From Octopus bimaculoides (lineage: Eukaryota): 64,000 bases of DNA. Location: contig NC_069006.1 in assembly GCF_001194135.2 (NCBI RefSeq), positions 15,658,092 to 15,722,091 on the forward strand. Reading direction: 5' to 3'. Position numbers and translations under genes: made by a program. Of this stretch, positions 12,689-25,479 are shown piece by piece (position 1 is the stretch's first letter; the number at the start of each line of letters is the position of its first letter). The notes beneath the pieces are model-generated. The model saw nothing but the letters and a program-made list of their open reading frames with translations. It was not told the origin of the DNA and did no database searches.

Positions 12689-13378
12689 TTTGATCTGATG
12701 GAAGCAGTTGAAAGTAATGACACTATGCTGGGCTGGTAGCTGGGGATGAAACAGAAAAGGGTCTTCGTGAACTGGGAACGAAGGATCAGTTCATAGAATG
12801 GCATCACACCTACTAAGCCGAAGAAATTCAAAAGCCAATGATTGGAAAACCTAGTTATGGTGATTGTTTGGGATTGGGGGGGGGGTGAATGACAAAGAGG
12901 TCATTGTCCTCGATTATGTGGAACTTGGCAGTTACCATGGGAATTGGGCGATACATTGAAACACTGAAGAAAAGAGAAAAAACTGTTGACAGAAAGAGAC
13001 TGAAAAAGAATTTGATAATGTGTGACGGCACATATGTTGGGCAACAAATCAGGTAATTGGTCAATTAAACAAATTAGTGTTCCCCTAACCAGCATGCAGC
13101 CTGGATTCTGTGATCTCCGATTTCCACCTGTAACGGGCTAAATAAGAGCTGTCTTTAGGGACAACGACTTGAAGACCAGGACGAAGTGGAATTAGCCGTA
13201 AAGGAACTAGCAGTGCATGCCCAACTGGTTTCGAGGAGGTTTCGAGAAGTGGTTGCAATGCTTGGGAATGCACCATTCATATAAGCAGGGTTACCCTCTC
13301 GATAAGCACAATTGGATCGACCTACATCAGTTGATAAATACATTATGGTCAGTTTTGCATTACTTCCGGTGCACCGTG
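12689..13378 (+). mobile_element. Mariner (D,D34D-type) transposase pseudogene, catalytic-domain half only
   Basis: Frameshifted motifs in order: LVAGDET (GDET 12742-12753), FIEWHH, PKKFKSQ..VMVIVWD, DNV*RH (cf. DNARPH, 13014-13031), CSLDSVISDFHL (cf. YSPDLAPSDFHL), GQRLEDQDEVELAVKE and WFRGGFEKW. Confidence 0.88.
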
Positions 13379-14872
13379 TGTTTGTGTGTGTGCGCGCTAT
13401 AGACATACAGACAGACAGACAGACAGACATACATACAGACATACAGACAGATCTTTATACAGTTATTAAGATATGTAAGCGTAATAGTTTCTTGAATTAG
13501 TAGCTATACTACTCCATTTTAAGTGTAACAACTCATCTAAAGTGCAGATACCCGAAGACATTTGGTTGGCCACAATAAATATGATTTATGTGAAAAACCT
13601 AAATCGACAATGGATTATGAGGTGATTGTTAAAATAGTGTAGATATATAGCTTTTTGATATTTCGACATTATGTTTCATCAATTTTCCACATCAGCAAAT
13701 TTAACTGCCAAGACGACACAGTATGAACGCCAAGATATAGATATATTCACAAGAGCCATTCTTCATCATACACCATACCTAAAAAAAGATAATACAGCTT
13801 TGGTTTCTTATTACCTCAGGAGTAACAGGAGAAATTGAACACTACATTGAACACTACATTCAACTTCATACAACTGACCCCTTTCAGTTGTAGGCTTATA
13901 ACCCCATGCTTGCCGGGAATGCAAACGTGGGGTTGCATACACGACCTATCACGGCTAGCTAAAATGCTCTTAGCCAGCCGTAATAGTCTGGCTTAAGACC
14001 ATCTTACACCATACCACCATATCTGTATAAAATTAAGTAAATGGATTTATTGTAAACACAAGGCAATTGGTTACTTTTCCTAAAATAGCTGCGTGATTAG
14101 ATGTTTAACTGTAATTTTGTGTGTGTGTGTGTGTGTGTACGTACGCACACATACCTACATACATATATATGTTGGCAAAACTGCATCTGTATTTGTGTAT
14201 GTATACAAAAATATACAGAAAATTAAGTATGTATATTTCAAGATATATTGAGGAGTTCACTACCAAGACTTATAGAAATTCATATTCATACATTGATATG
14301 AGTATACTTTACACACTATAATAATAATATATATATATGTATATACATATATATATATCCACTAGTTTAAACTCAAACATACAATTGTACGTACACTTTT
14401 TCATCACTCCTATACTGATACAAANNNNNNNNNNNNNNNNNNNNNNNNNNNNNNNNNNNNNNNNNNNNNNNNNNNNNNNNNNNNNNNNNNNNNNNNNNNN
14501 NNNNNNNNNNNNNNNNNNNNNNNNNNNNNNNNNNNNNNNNNNNNNNNNNNNNNNNNNNNNNNNNNNNNNNNNNNNNNNNNNNNNNNNNNNNNNNNNNNNN
14601 NNNNNNNNNNNNNNNNNNNNNNNNNNNNNNNNNNNNNNNNNNNNNNNNNNNNNNNNNNNNNNNNNNNNNNNNNNNNNNNNNNNNNNNNNNNNNNNNNNNN
14701 NNNNNNNNNNNNNNNNNNNNNNNNNNNNNNNNNNNNNNNNNNNNNNNNNNNNNNNNNNNNNNNNNNNNNNNNNNNNNNNNNNNNNNNNNNNNNNNNNNNN
14801 NNNNNNNNNNNNNNNNNNNNNNNNNNNNNNNNNNNNNNNNNNNNNNNNNNNNNNNNNNNNNNNNNNNNNNNN

Positions 14873-14951
<79 letters not shown>

Positions 14952-15517
14952 GAAAGAGAGAGAGAGAGAGAGATAAAGAGAGCAATGGAGCACATATGTA
15001 TATACATTTATATATACACACATTATAGAGAGAGTACTACCCACACACATACACACACAAATATGGATATGTGTATATATGTATGCGTGCTTTTTTTTTG
15101 TATATGAATGTAAATATTTAGTATGTATAGTATTTATTGTATATGTAATATGAATATACACACGCAGACATACGTACATATTAACGTACATAAGCACTGT
15201 GTATGCTAGTATGTGATTAAATATGTGCGTTTTTATTTCGAGTGTGTGTGTGTGTGTTTGTGTAAATAGCATCCAGCACCATTTACAAAAATGGCCGGTG
15301 CGCAATTCTTAACTGCTGTTTGGCCTTCTTGCTGACAGCTTTATTGAGTGGCCAGTAAACATAAATATACACCATAGATGATGGCAATTTGTCTATAAAT
15401 GTAAAGCTTGCCAATGTTTTGTTCTCCATAATCGATAATGTGTGTCTATTTGGCTTTCAATTTATTGGTCTCTACTGTCTAACACTGATAGCCTTATATA
15501 CATGAATTGTAAGTATA

Positions 15518-15548
<31 letters not shown>

Positions 15549-15876
15549 AAAGTGCATATATACATGGATGTATACGTACATATATGCGGATGTAGTTACG
15601 TAGATAAATGCATACTTATATGCAAATATACACACACACATGGAAGTTGCATGTACACGTATGCATACATGCGTATACTTACATATAGAGAGATAGATAT
15701 TTCATTAAAATGGAGATAGATAGATAGATAGATACATACATACATTCATACATACATACACCGACCGATCAGAAAAAAGAAAATGAGTGAATGAAAGAAA
15801 AATTTACTGAGCTCGAGAAGTCGACGCGTATTTATCAACATACACATTTACATCCATACAATCATTGAAAGATATA

Positions 15877-15913
<37 letters not shown>

Positions 15914-16103
15914 GTTCGCACGTATACTTTCCACAATCTCATTCACTCAGATATATGTCCGTGTGTATTTGAGTGTGTGTATGTGTCCATACACACATGT
16001 ATACCATTTTTGAAATCTTGCATTCATATAGGGAAGCAGTATGGTAAAATAACCGAAGATATTCTGATGTGTCTATACATATATATATATAGAGAGAGAG
16101 GGG

Positions 16104-16137
<34 letters not shown>

Positions 16138-17271
16138 AAGAAAGAGAAAGAGAGATTCAACATTAGATAGAAATTTGATTGAGTGTCGAATAAAACATAG
16201 GAAAACGCATCACCTATTTATTTATGTTATATGCACAGAACATGGTAATTCCGCTTATTCATATGTTAAACATACGATATCTTCAGTATCATATACACAA
16301 AACACATGTACACAAATGAATTTGCTCTAGTCAGTAAAGTGTTTGCTTTAATAAATACTTAAGTGAAGCGGGGAGGTGGCAATTTTTTAACATATAGTAA
16401 ATCTGCTATACATTGAATAACCTAATTTAAGTAGTTGGTAGCTGTAAATCCTTCGATAAATGACGGTGAAATTCCATGTACTGCTCAATTGCTTAGATTC
16501 GTACGTTGTTAAGTCCACCACCTTTACACACATACAAACACAACACAGCAAAGCTCTGGAAACCTTTAAGCTTAATCTCAGTATGACGAAAAATTGAAAA
16601 AATGTTTATCTTACAACTTTAAAAGCATAGCACAAACTGAAGAGCTCTAAACATATCCATTACCCTTTAGACTAAACCAATACACAAGAAAAATATTACA
16701 CATACAAGAGACTACGTTTTAATAAAATCAATATATTTTAACAATATAATCAAAGCCTTCAAGGAAACTATATCTAGCAATTACGATTGTATTAATTTCG
16801 TAGTAAAATAATTAGCTGTGACATAGAGAGATAAAGAAGAGACTATAACGTTACGTCAACCATGCTGTGTTTCTGAAGATCATACAGATAATTTTCTTGT
16901 TAACCTTCAAATTAAGCTCATAAATTCGGGAAAAGGTGAATTTGATAAACACAAATATTTAAAATTTCATCAGTTTCAACGCGAAGCTGACCCCCTTCTG
17001 TCCATTTGCGAAAGACAGGAAGAAAAAGTGTTGAATATCGTTGCTAGAGGAGATAACGAAAAGATGAGATTGAGCAAGATTAAAGCGCTTGCTCTCCATA
17101 ATATGGAATACACTGTAGAATATGTCTAGTGATTGGGGGTATAACCCCAAATGAGGGACAGATTGAAGCGTTTAGTGGCCTTCGGGGTTCGCTCCGGGGT
17201 ACTATATATGAAAGGATGAAAGTTTATTGCCAGAACCGGTGTTTCTATAAATTTGAAGCGCCCTGGATTGT

Positions 17272-17503
17272 TTTCGTACATGGTATGTATGAAAGAAAGG
17301 TGGTGAGGAGATTTACCAAATGTATAGAAAGCTGAAGCGATTAATCTTATCAATGTGTTGAAACAGAAATTTAGTCAACGACGGGCGTTGCTTTCGTACA
17401 TAGCGTGAATGTATGTAAAGAGGTGGGGGAGATTTACTAAATGTATAGCAAGCTGAGGCGAGTAATCTTATTAATCTATTGAAACTGCACAACTTTAGTC
17501 AAC
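17272..17503 (+). repeat. Diverged 120-bp tandem duplication
   Basis: tttcgtacat...ggagattta(c/t)aaatgtatag..aagctga.gcga.taatcttat...tttagtcaac starts at 17272 and again at 17392. Confidence 0.8.
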
Positions 17504-18361
17504 CACTCATAAAGAGATGCGCGTTTGTGCATATCGTTGTTTATCTTCTCCTTGTCCTTTCGTCTCATTTTCTTACTGCCTAAGTTTTCCCCCATTTTGT
17601 TTCTAACATCACATCGTCGTTTATATCTGCGGCCATATACTCTCTACTTTTCTGTGGCTACTCTTTTCTTCCTTCTTCATCCTCTCCTCCATACTTGTAC
17701 GTGTCTTGCACTCATTTAATCCCCTTTCTCTACCTCGTCTTTGATACTCTTCGCCCGATATTTCTTCTTCCCCAGAATGCCTTTTGCTTATCCTATAATC
17801 CTCCCATCTCCACGTGCTGTATCTCTTTTCAATCCCATCCATTCTTCAACTCATCATCGACCTTCGCTGTTCTATGCTCTCATCGCTTTTCGTTGAAGGT
17901 CTTATGTCCGAAACGAACTATTTTTGTTCACTCCGCATTACCTATGTGCACAGGATTTGTCCGTTCCGTTTAGATATGAGAGAGAAAGAGAAAGAGAGAA
18001 AGAGCATGCACGTGTGGATCTTTGTATACATGTATTCCTTTATTCCTACATTCCTTCATAATTATCCCCGCTTAGAAATCTCTCCCACATAACGCAATTT
18101 TTATCTCCGAATTTTATCTCCAGCTTTGTTTAATTTAATCATATATGTATTTACCATCCATTGCATCGATCTATATTTTATTACACTTTATAACCGAATA
18201 TAATACTGTACTAATATACTATTGCGCTTTTATGCGCTCGTAAAACATAGCCGTATACATGTTATTGTACGTGTGGCTGCAAGGATAATTTAACTATGCC
18301 CACATTTATGTTAGAGCTCGCCCTGTGATATATACACACACATATACACGCGTGTGTGCAT

Positions 18362-18392
<31 letters not shown>

Positions 18393-18509
18393 GTTATACG
18401 TTCATATATTTGTGCAAGCTCTCGATCTGTGTGTGTACTATTTTTTACCTAGTATAATACTAGGGCTATGCTGAAAAAGTTTTAGCTGAATGAATCGCCT
18501 CCACAATTT

Positions 18510-18650
18510 TTATTTAGCCAAGTGCTTATTCTATCGCTCCGTTTGCCGAACCGCTAGCTTACCTGGGAGTAAACACATCAATACCAGTTGTCAAGCGGTG
18601 GTGGGGGACACACACACATATATGACGAGCTTCTTACAGTTTCCGTGTCA
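18510..18650 (-). mobile_element. SINE-B internal fragment
   Basis: ttattctatcg...gccgaaccgcta...gttgtcaagcg...acgagcttcttacagtttccgt. Confidence 0.75.
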
Positions 18651-18868
18651 CTTAGTCGCAAACACATGTCATACAGCTGCAATAGAATGCTGTATCACCC
18701 AAGTCCATTTACACAATTACTCAATAGATACTGCTGTTATGACTTGCCTTCCTCATTTTATGCCTCCATCGTAGATGGGTAGATTTGCTAATTACTTATA
18801 ATTCTCCTTCGGCTGAATTATTGAGGGTGTTGGAGTTTCACATCACCACTACTGTATGTGTTATTGTC

Positions 18869-20005
18869 GCGGCTTCTGGTCCATTTGGTATACGAGGGAC
18901 TTGGACTCCGCTGCCCTCGATGTGCCTCATACCCGGCCATTGGCTCATCCGGTATTGTGGAGAAGAGACTAGATCCTTTTTAAAGACATCTACGTCCACA
19001 TTGTGTACGTTTCTTAATTTCTGTGGCAGAGCATTGAAGGGCTATGGAACTTTGAAACTTAAGCTATTGCAGTACCTCGTCCTGAATTTAGATGGAGTGG
19101 GCACTCAATGCCCTTCCAGAATTTTCCATATGTATATTATTACATATCTGTCACACCTTCGCTACAACGAATAGAGTCGTTGTTTTTTCAGCTTCTCCCT
19201 GTAGCTCACCTGCTGCACTATTACAATTTCTTTTAGAGTGGTGACGTTGGACTGCTTAAGCTTCGCCTTTAGATTGGCACTATGTGGTGACCGTGGAGGC
19301 GCAATGGACCAGTGGTTAGGGCAGCGGACTCGCGGTCATAGGATCGCGGTTTCGACTCTTGTGAATGTTTATTGAGCGAAAACACCTAAAGCTCCACGAG
19401 GCTCTGGCAGAGGATGGTGGCGAACCCTTCTGTACTCTTTCACCACAACTTTCTCTCACTCTTACTTCCTGTTTCTGTTGTGCCTGTAATTCAAAGGGCC
19501 AGCCTTGTCACACTGAATATCCCCGAGAACTACGTTAAAGGTTCACGTGTCTGTGGAGTGCTCAGCCATTTGCACGTTAATTTCACGAGCAGGCTGTTCC
19601 GTTGATCGGATCAACTGGAACCCTCGACGTCGTAAGCGACGGAGTGCCAACAACAACAACAAATGTGGTGACCATAGCTGATAGCAGTATTCTAGGCGGC
19701 TGAGAACGAAAGTCCTCCACAGGGTCAACACAACTTCTTGGTCTCTTGTCTTGAGGCATTTTAGTATCCATCCTGCCAGCTGCTTGCACTTTGCTGCCAT
19801 CTTGGTAATGTGCATATGAAATGATGAATCATTGCACATATTGATCCCCATATGACTCTGGGATTGCAGCGCCGTCGGGTCCTGTATATGCAGGCTGCGG
19901 TGTATTTGTGAGTTGAGAGTACAGAGCTTGAAATTTTCCAGCATCAAGCGGCATGTTGTGTACTTCAGCCCACCTGTGTACAGTGCATTCAGGTCCAGCT
20001 GATTT
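18869..20005 (-). mobile_element. CR1-group LINE, 3' part of ORF2 (RT C-terminus), interrupted by SINE-C
   Basis: HRWAEVHNMPLDAGKFQAL; MCNDSSFHMHITKMAAKCKQLAGWILKCLKTRDQEVVLTLWRTFVLSRLEYCYQLWSPH|; then YREKLKKQRLYSL*RRCDRYVIIYIWKILEG and FNALPQKLRN...FKKDL. Confidence 0.88.
19293..19662 (+). mobile_element. SINE-C with perfect 11-bp TSD
   Basis: TSD atgtggtgacc at 19282-19292 and 19663-19673; (AAC)n tail. Confidence 0.93.
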
Positions 20006-20790
20006 TTTATTGCCTGTGAAAATCGTAGCTTGCCACACACACATCTGTAATGTGTGTGTGTGTGTGTATATATACACGTCCCTATATTTTATTTGCTATG
20101 ATATATATTACAACATATTTCTTAGTTTGTTACTCTACAGCCATCTCATCAATTTTCATATTCTTTCAGATATATTTCCCCTTTTAACTAAATACTTGTA
20201 TTTCTCATTAGGCATCTGACACATCTGTCAACAACTGTTGTTGAAAGCTATCCTTCTCAATGTCTTGCTCTCTTTACACTTTCTTCTCCCATTTAAATTA
20301 AGATATCTATGTTTACAATGCATTTTCGAATGGACCTTGCCGATTTTTTTTAAACTAATAACACCACTAAATGCTTCGTTCGTTTGAAAGGCACGTTCAA
20401 AGCGAAACATGAGCTACGTTGCAATTCATCTTAGTTTAATACAATTTTCAATTTCAAACTCCTGTCCTGAGTCGTTTAACAAACATTGCCTTCCAGCTCA
20501 TAACTAGACCTTTTGTATGCGGCTGTGTTTGAGTATATACATTCACACACACATATACATGTAATATCTTCACACACATACACACATGCATATATACATA
20601 CACGTACTCGTTTATATGTACATAGAGACATGTATATATACATACATGTATATATATATACATAAACACATACATACATACATACATGTATATATACACA
20701 TATACATGTAAGTATATATGTATATATATACATATATATACACACAAACATTTTATACACACACGTATACACGCACAGATATATACATGT

Positions 20791-20881
<91 letters not shown>

Positions 20882-20964
20882 TAGAGATATGAATACACGT
20901 CTGCAGTGTCTCTATATCATGTATGTAAATATATATATGTAGTGTGTATGTGTATATATATATA

Positions 20965-21012
<48 letters not shown>

Positions 21013-21297
21013 TATATATACACACACGTTACCTAAATAAGTATATTTTGAATGCGTGTAAGTGAAGTTCTTGCCAATCCTATATTTAGCTTTTATTCCC
21101 TCATCATTTTTGCTCCTGTTCCGGTGCTATTTCCGGTTAGGGAAACTTTTGTCCGGTTACATCATTATCTCCTAGAAATACACTTTATCAAACAGCATCT
21201 TTCGTCAACAGACATGCGTTAATATTATTCTTTCCCCTCATTTTTCTCGTTGTTGTAATTGTTGTTGTCATCATCATCATCATTATTATTAGTGATT

Positions 21298-21520
21298 AAG
21301 GTGGCGAGCTGGCAGAAACGTTAGCACGCCGGACGAAATGCTTAGCGGTATTTCGTCTGTCTTTACGTTCCGAGTTCAAATTCCACCGAGGTTGACTTTG
21401 CCTTTCATTCTTTCGGGGTCGATAAATTAAGTACCAGTTGCGTACTGGGGTCGATCTGATTGACTGGCCCCATTCCCCAAAATTTCGGGCCTTCTACCTA
21501 GAGTAGAAAAGAATATTATT
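21298..21520 (+). mobile_element. SINE-A full copy
   Basis: aaggtggcgagctggcagaaacg...gagttcaaattcc (B box)...ggggtcgataaattaagtaccag...gtagaaaagaatattatt. Confidence 0.9.
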
Positions 21521-21554
21521 AGTGATTGTCAACATTATTATTATTATCATTATT

Positions 21555-21770
21555 ATTGAGCTTGCAGAATGGTTAGCACTCTAGGAAAAAATGCTTCGCA
21601 GCATTTCATCCGTCTGCACGTTGTGAGTTCAAATTCTGCCGAGGTCGACTTTGACTTTCATCCTTTCAGGGTCGATAAAATTAAGTACCAGTTATGTACT
21701 GGAGTCGATATAAACGACTATACTCCTCCCACCAAATTCCAGGCCTTCTGCTGATACTAGAAAGGATTAC
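21555..21770 (+). mobile_element. SINE-A diverged copy, tandem to the previous one
   Basis: Same head, body and gaaaggatta tail. Confidence 0.8.
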
Positions 21771-22581
21771 TATTATCATAATCATTACTATTATTATTAT
21801 CGTCATCAGCGCCATCATTATCACTATCAGCGTTATCATTAATGTCGTTTATTCGTGTTGCTGTGACACGCGTTCTATTTTTGAGTTCGTTTTAATTTCT
21901 TTTCTTTAGAGAATTTTTTTTATCAATGACTCTACGACTGTCATTGGCTTTCTCTATAATGTTGTTGTCGCTGTTGTTCTTGTCTAAAGGTTTGTGATGT
22001 TTCTGCTATTCTCGATATTGCTGCTCAATATGTCAGTGTTGATTTTGTTAAGGATGTGGTGGGAGGTCGGCGCGGAAGCAGCAACGGCAGCAACGATAGA
22101 GGGGGTGGTGGTGGTGGTGACGATGGCCGTATTGGTGCGTATTTGTCCAGCAAATATCGTTTTATCTGTTTGCTAAGTCCGAAGATTTTGAAATTGGGTT
22201 TCTTGCATCTCAGCTGCAAAGATCCGCTTGATGCACGAGGAAAGACAAAACGAGAGACAGACAGACAGACAAACAGACAGGAGACAGTTTGCTGAGTTTG
22301 TTGACTGGTGGGGGAGGGGGAGCATATATAAACAGATGCACAAAACAGATTATGAGTGGCGATTGAATGTAGGAGTAAGGACATGTGTGCGTGTGTGGGT
22401 GGGTGTGAGGGAGTCATTAAGAGATACGGAGAGGAGAGGAAAGAGAGAGAGAGAAATAGAGAGAGAGAGTGCCGAGAGAGTGTTTGTGGAAGAGAGAATT
22501 AAGACTAGTGAAAGCTATATATGGATAACTGCGACTGTATACCTGCTTCCGTGCATGTGCGTGCGTATATAAACGTATGTA

Positions 22582-22631
<50 letters not shown>

Positions 22632-23600
22632 NNNNNNNNNNNNNNNNNNNNNNNNNNNNNNNNNNNNNNNNNNNNNNNNNNNNNNNNNNNNNNNNNNNNN
22701 NNNNNNNNNNNNNNNNNNNNNNNNNNNNNNNNNNNNNNNNNNNNNNNNNNNNNNNNNNNNNNNNNNNNNNNNNNNNNNNNNNNNNNNNNNNNNNNNNNNN
22801 NNNNNNNNNNNNNNNNNNNNNNNNNNNNNNNNNNNNNNNNNNNNNNNNNNNNNNNNNNNNNNNNNNNNNNNNNNNNNNNNNNNNNNNNNNNNNNNNNNNN
22901 NNNNNNNNNNNNNNNNNNNNNNNNNNNNNNNNNNNNNNNNNNNNNNNNNNNNNNNNNNNNNNNNNNNNNNNNNNNNNNNNNNNNNNNNNNNNNNNNNNNN
23001 NNNNNNNNNNNNNNNNNNNNNNNNNNNNNNNNNNNNNNNNNNNNNNNNNNNNNNNNNNNNNNNNNNNNNNNNNNNNNNNNNNNNNNNNNNNNNNNNNNNN
23101 NNNNNNNNNNNNNNNNNNNNNNNNNNNNNNNNNNNNNNNNNNNNNNNNNNNNNNNNNNNNNNNNNNNNNNNNNNNNNNNNNNNNNNNNNNNNNNNNNNNN
23201 NNNNNNNNNNNNNNNNNNNNNNNNNNNNNNNNNNNNNNNNNNNNNNNNNNNNNNNNNNNNNNNNNNNNNNNNNNNNNNNNNNNNNNNNNNNNNNNNNNNN
23301 NNNNNNNNNNNNNNNNNNNNNNNNNNNNNNNNNNNNNNNNNNNNNNNNNNNNNNNNNNNNNNNNNNNNNNNNNNNNNNNNNNNNNNNNNNNNNNNNNNNN
23401 NNNNNNNNNNNNNNNNNNNNNTTGTAGTTATATATATTCCCACTATTCTGCATAATTCATATATACTGTTTTGCATCTTTATACACGTATGTGATTCTAA
23501 ATATACAGATGTATATATATAGGTAAATACACACTATATATTTACATATATACGTGTGTGGTAATACACATACGTATTTACCTAATTTATATGCGTTCGC

Positions 23601-23638
<38 letters not shown>

Positions 23639-24039
23639 TGCCTCCTTTCACCTATATCTCTGTTGATTTCCGGCAGTGTTGTATCAATAAATGTTCGAGA
23701 CAAAAATCAAAAAATTATGTCTGTAAACTCCGAATGAAGATCAGTTTTCTTCTTTTTCCATAACTTACGAGGAAGAAGAAAAAAAGCAAGGAAAGAGAAA
23801 AAAATACAAACAGAAAAGTGAATTAAGGCAAATTCTTTTTCGCTCAGGAATAACTATTTATGGTAAACATTGTCTGTCGTTGTCTCTAGACACAGAAGAT
23901 TAGAATTAAGACAAACGTGACGAGAACCGAATTCCAAGGAAGAAAAATATGGCGGTTCAATCGCAAAGTGAACTGGTGTCGTCTGCTTTGTGTTTAAGCA
24001 TTTTAATGTGAGTTTGTGTGCGTGTGTGTGTGTGTGTGT

Positions 24040-24245
24040 GAGGCGAATTGGCAGAAACGTTGCCGCGCCGTAAAAATACTCTTAACAGCATTTTGTTCGT
24101 CCTTATGTTTTGAGTTCAAATTCCACCAAGGTTGACTTTACTTTTTATCTTTTTGGGTCGATAAAGTCAGCACCAGTGAGCAATGCAATCGATGTAATCG
24201 ACTCAGTCCATCCCCAAAATTGCTGGCCTTGTGCCAAACTTTGAC
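24040..24245 (+). mobile_element. SINE-A diverged copy
   Basis: ggcgaattggcagaaacgttg...gagttcaaattccaccaaggttgacttt...gctggccttgtgcc. Confidence 0.8.
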
Positions 24246-24766
24246 ACACGCACTGATGAATGTTACACATAGATTTCTTTGACAACTTTCGATGACTAAT
24301 TTTTCTTCTATATTGTTTTCATATTGTTGTACCTGATCTTTTTTTTTTTCGATAGAAATATATTTGATTTTTTTTCTATATCAATATATGATTGGTTTAT
24401 TATAAAATAATAGTGTTTATTGGTTTATAAATTTATTTCTTCAATAATTTTTTTCCAATTTCTTTCTGGTACTTTTTTTCTCTTCATTTTTTTTTTTTAT
24501 CTTGATTTCTTTTCATATTGTATATATTTATTTCATAGAAATATTTCATACAAATGTTTTCGAAGATAATAAATTTGGAGACAGACGAATTACCATATCC
24601 TATCGATGCAACTATGCACAGATTATTTCAATCTTGTTCTCATTCTCCCGTTCTCTCCCTCTTTCTCTTTGTTACGTATTCTTTCCTTCTGCATTACATA
24701 TAGAAGGATGGGCATTTACAAGCACACGACTTGACATTCAAATATACATATGTGTGTGTATCTATT

Positions 24767-24818
<52 letters not shown>

Positions 24819-25086
24819 CACTTACACACATATAGAGTTACATACGTAATTTGAGAGCGTAGAGGACAAACACATGATGTAATGATCGATACACTTGTAG
24901 ACGTACGGATAGAATGAAACGTATAAATCGATCGATAGACAGAGAGGACCACAGACAGATAAAAAGATAAATAGATTCATTGATTGGATTGATTGATGAA
25001 ACCAAGTTATGCAGACACACGCACTTTCTCTAAGTCACTCGATACATATATAAGTCACTCTATATATAAGTCTATAGCGTATGTCA

Positions 25087-25136
<50 letters not shown>

Positions 25137-25479
25137 TCGATATCGATAAGTCTCTCATATATCACAGAACTTCCCAAACTAGACGCTAATATTTAGAGTC
25201 ATCTGAACCTAATAATACTATCTACAAAAAAGGGGTATGAGTGTAAGTAACCCCACAAAGCCATGAATCCACAAACGCTTTCCACTTTATTAGAACGAAG
25301 GCCGACTCAGAATAACGAGATAAAGACAAACAAAAAAATTCACAAACAATCGTAAAAAAAATGTATTCCCCTCATCAACTGCCAAACGGATATCACTGTG
25401 GTTTCGGCACTTGGGTAGTACCATTCAATGTGGGGGTGCAATCAGCGTTAAAAGCATAAACGCTGCCTGAGAATCAATT

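Noticed and set aside
17885-17918. cgttgaaggtcttatgtccgaaacg, a hammerhead-like relic after a pyrimidine-rich tract
   Set aside because: Core, stem II and cleavage triplet are all damaged; too degenerate to call.
20213-20237. Three E-boxes in 25 bp (CATCTG twice, CAACTG)
   Set aside because: Short motifs expected by chance; no conservation or chromatin data.
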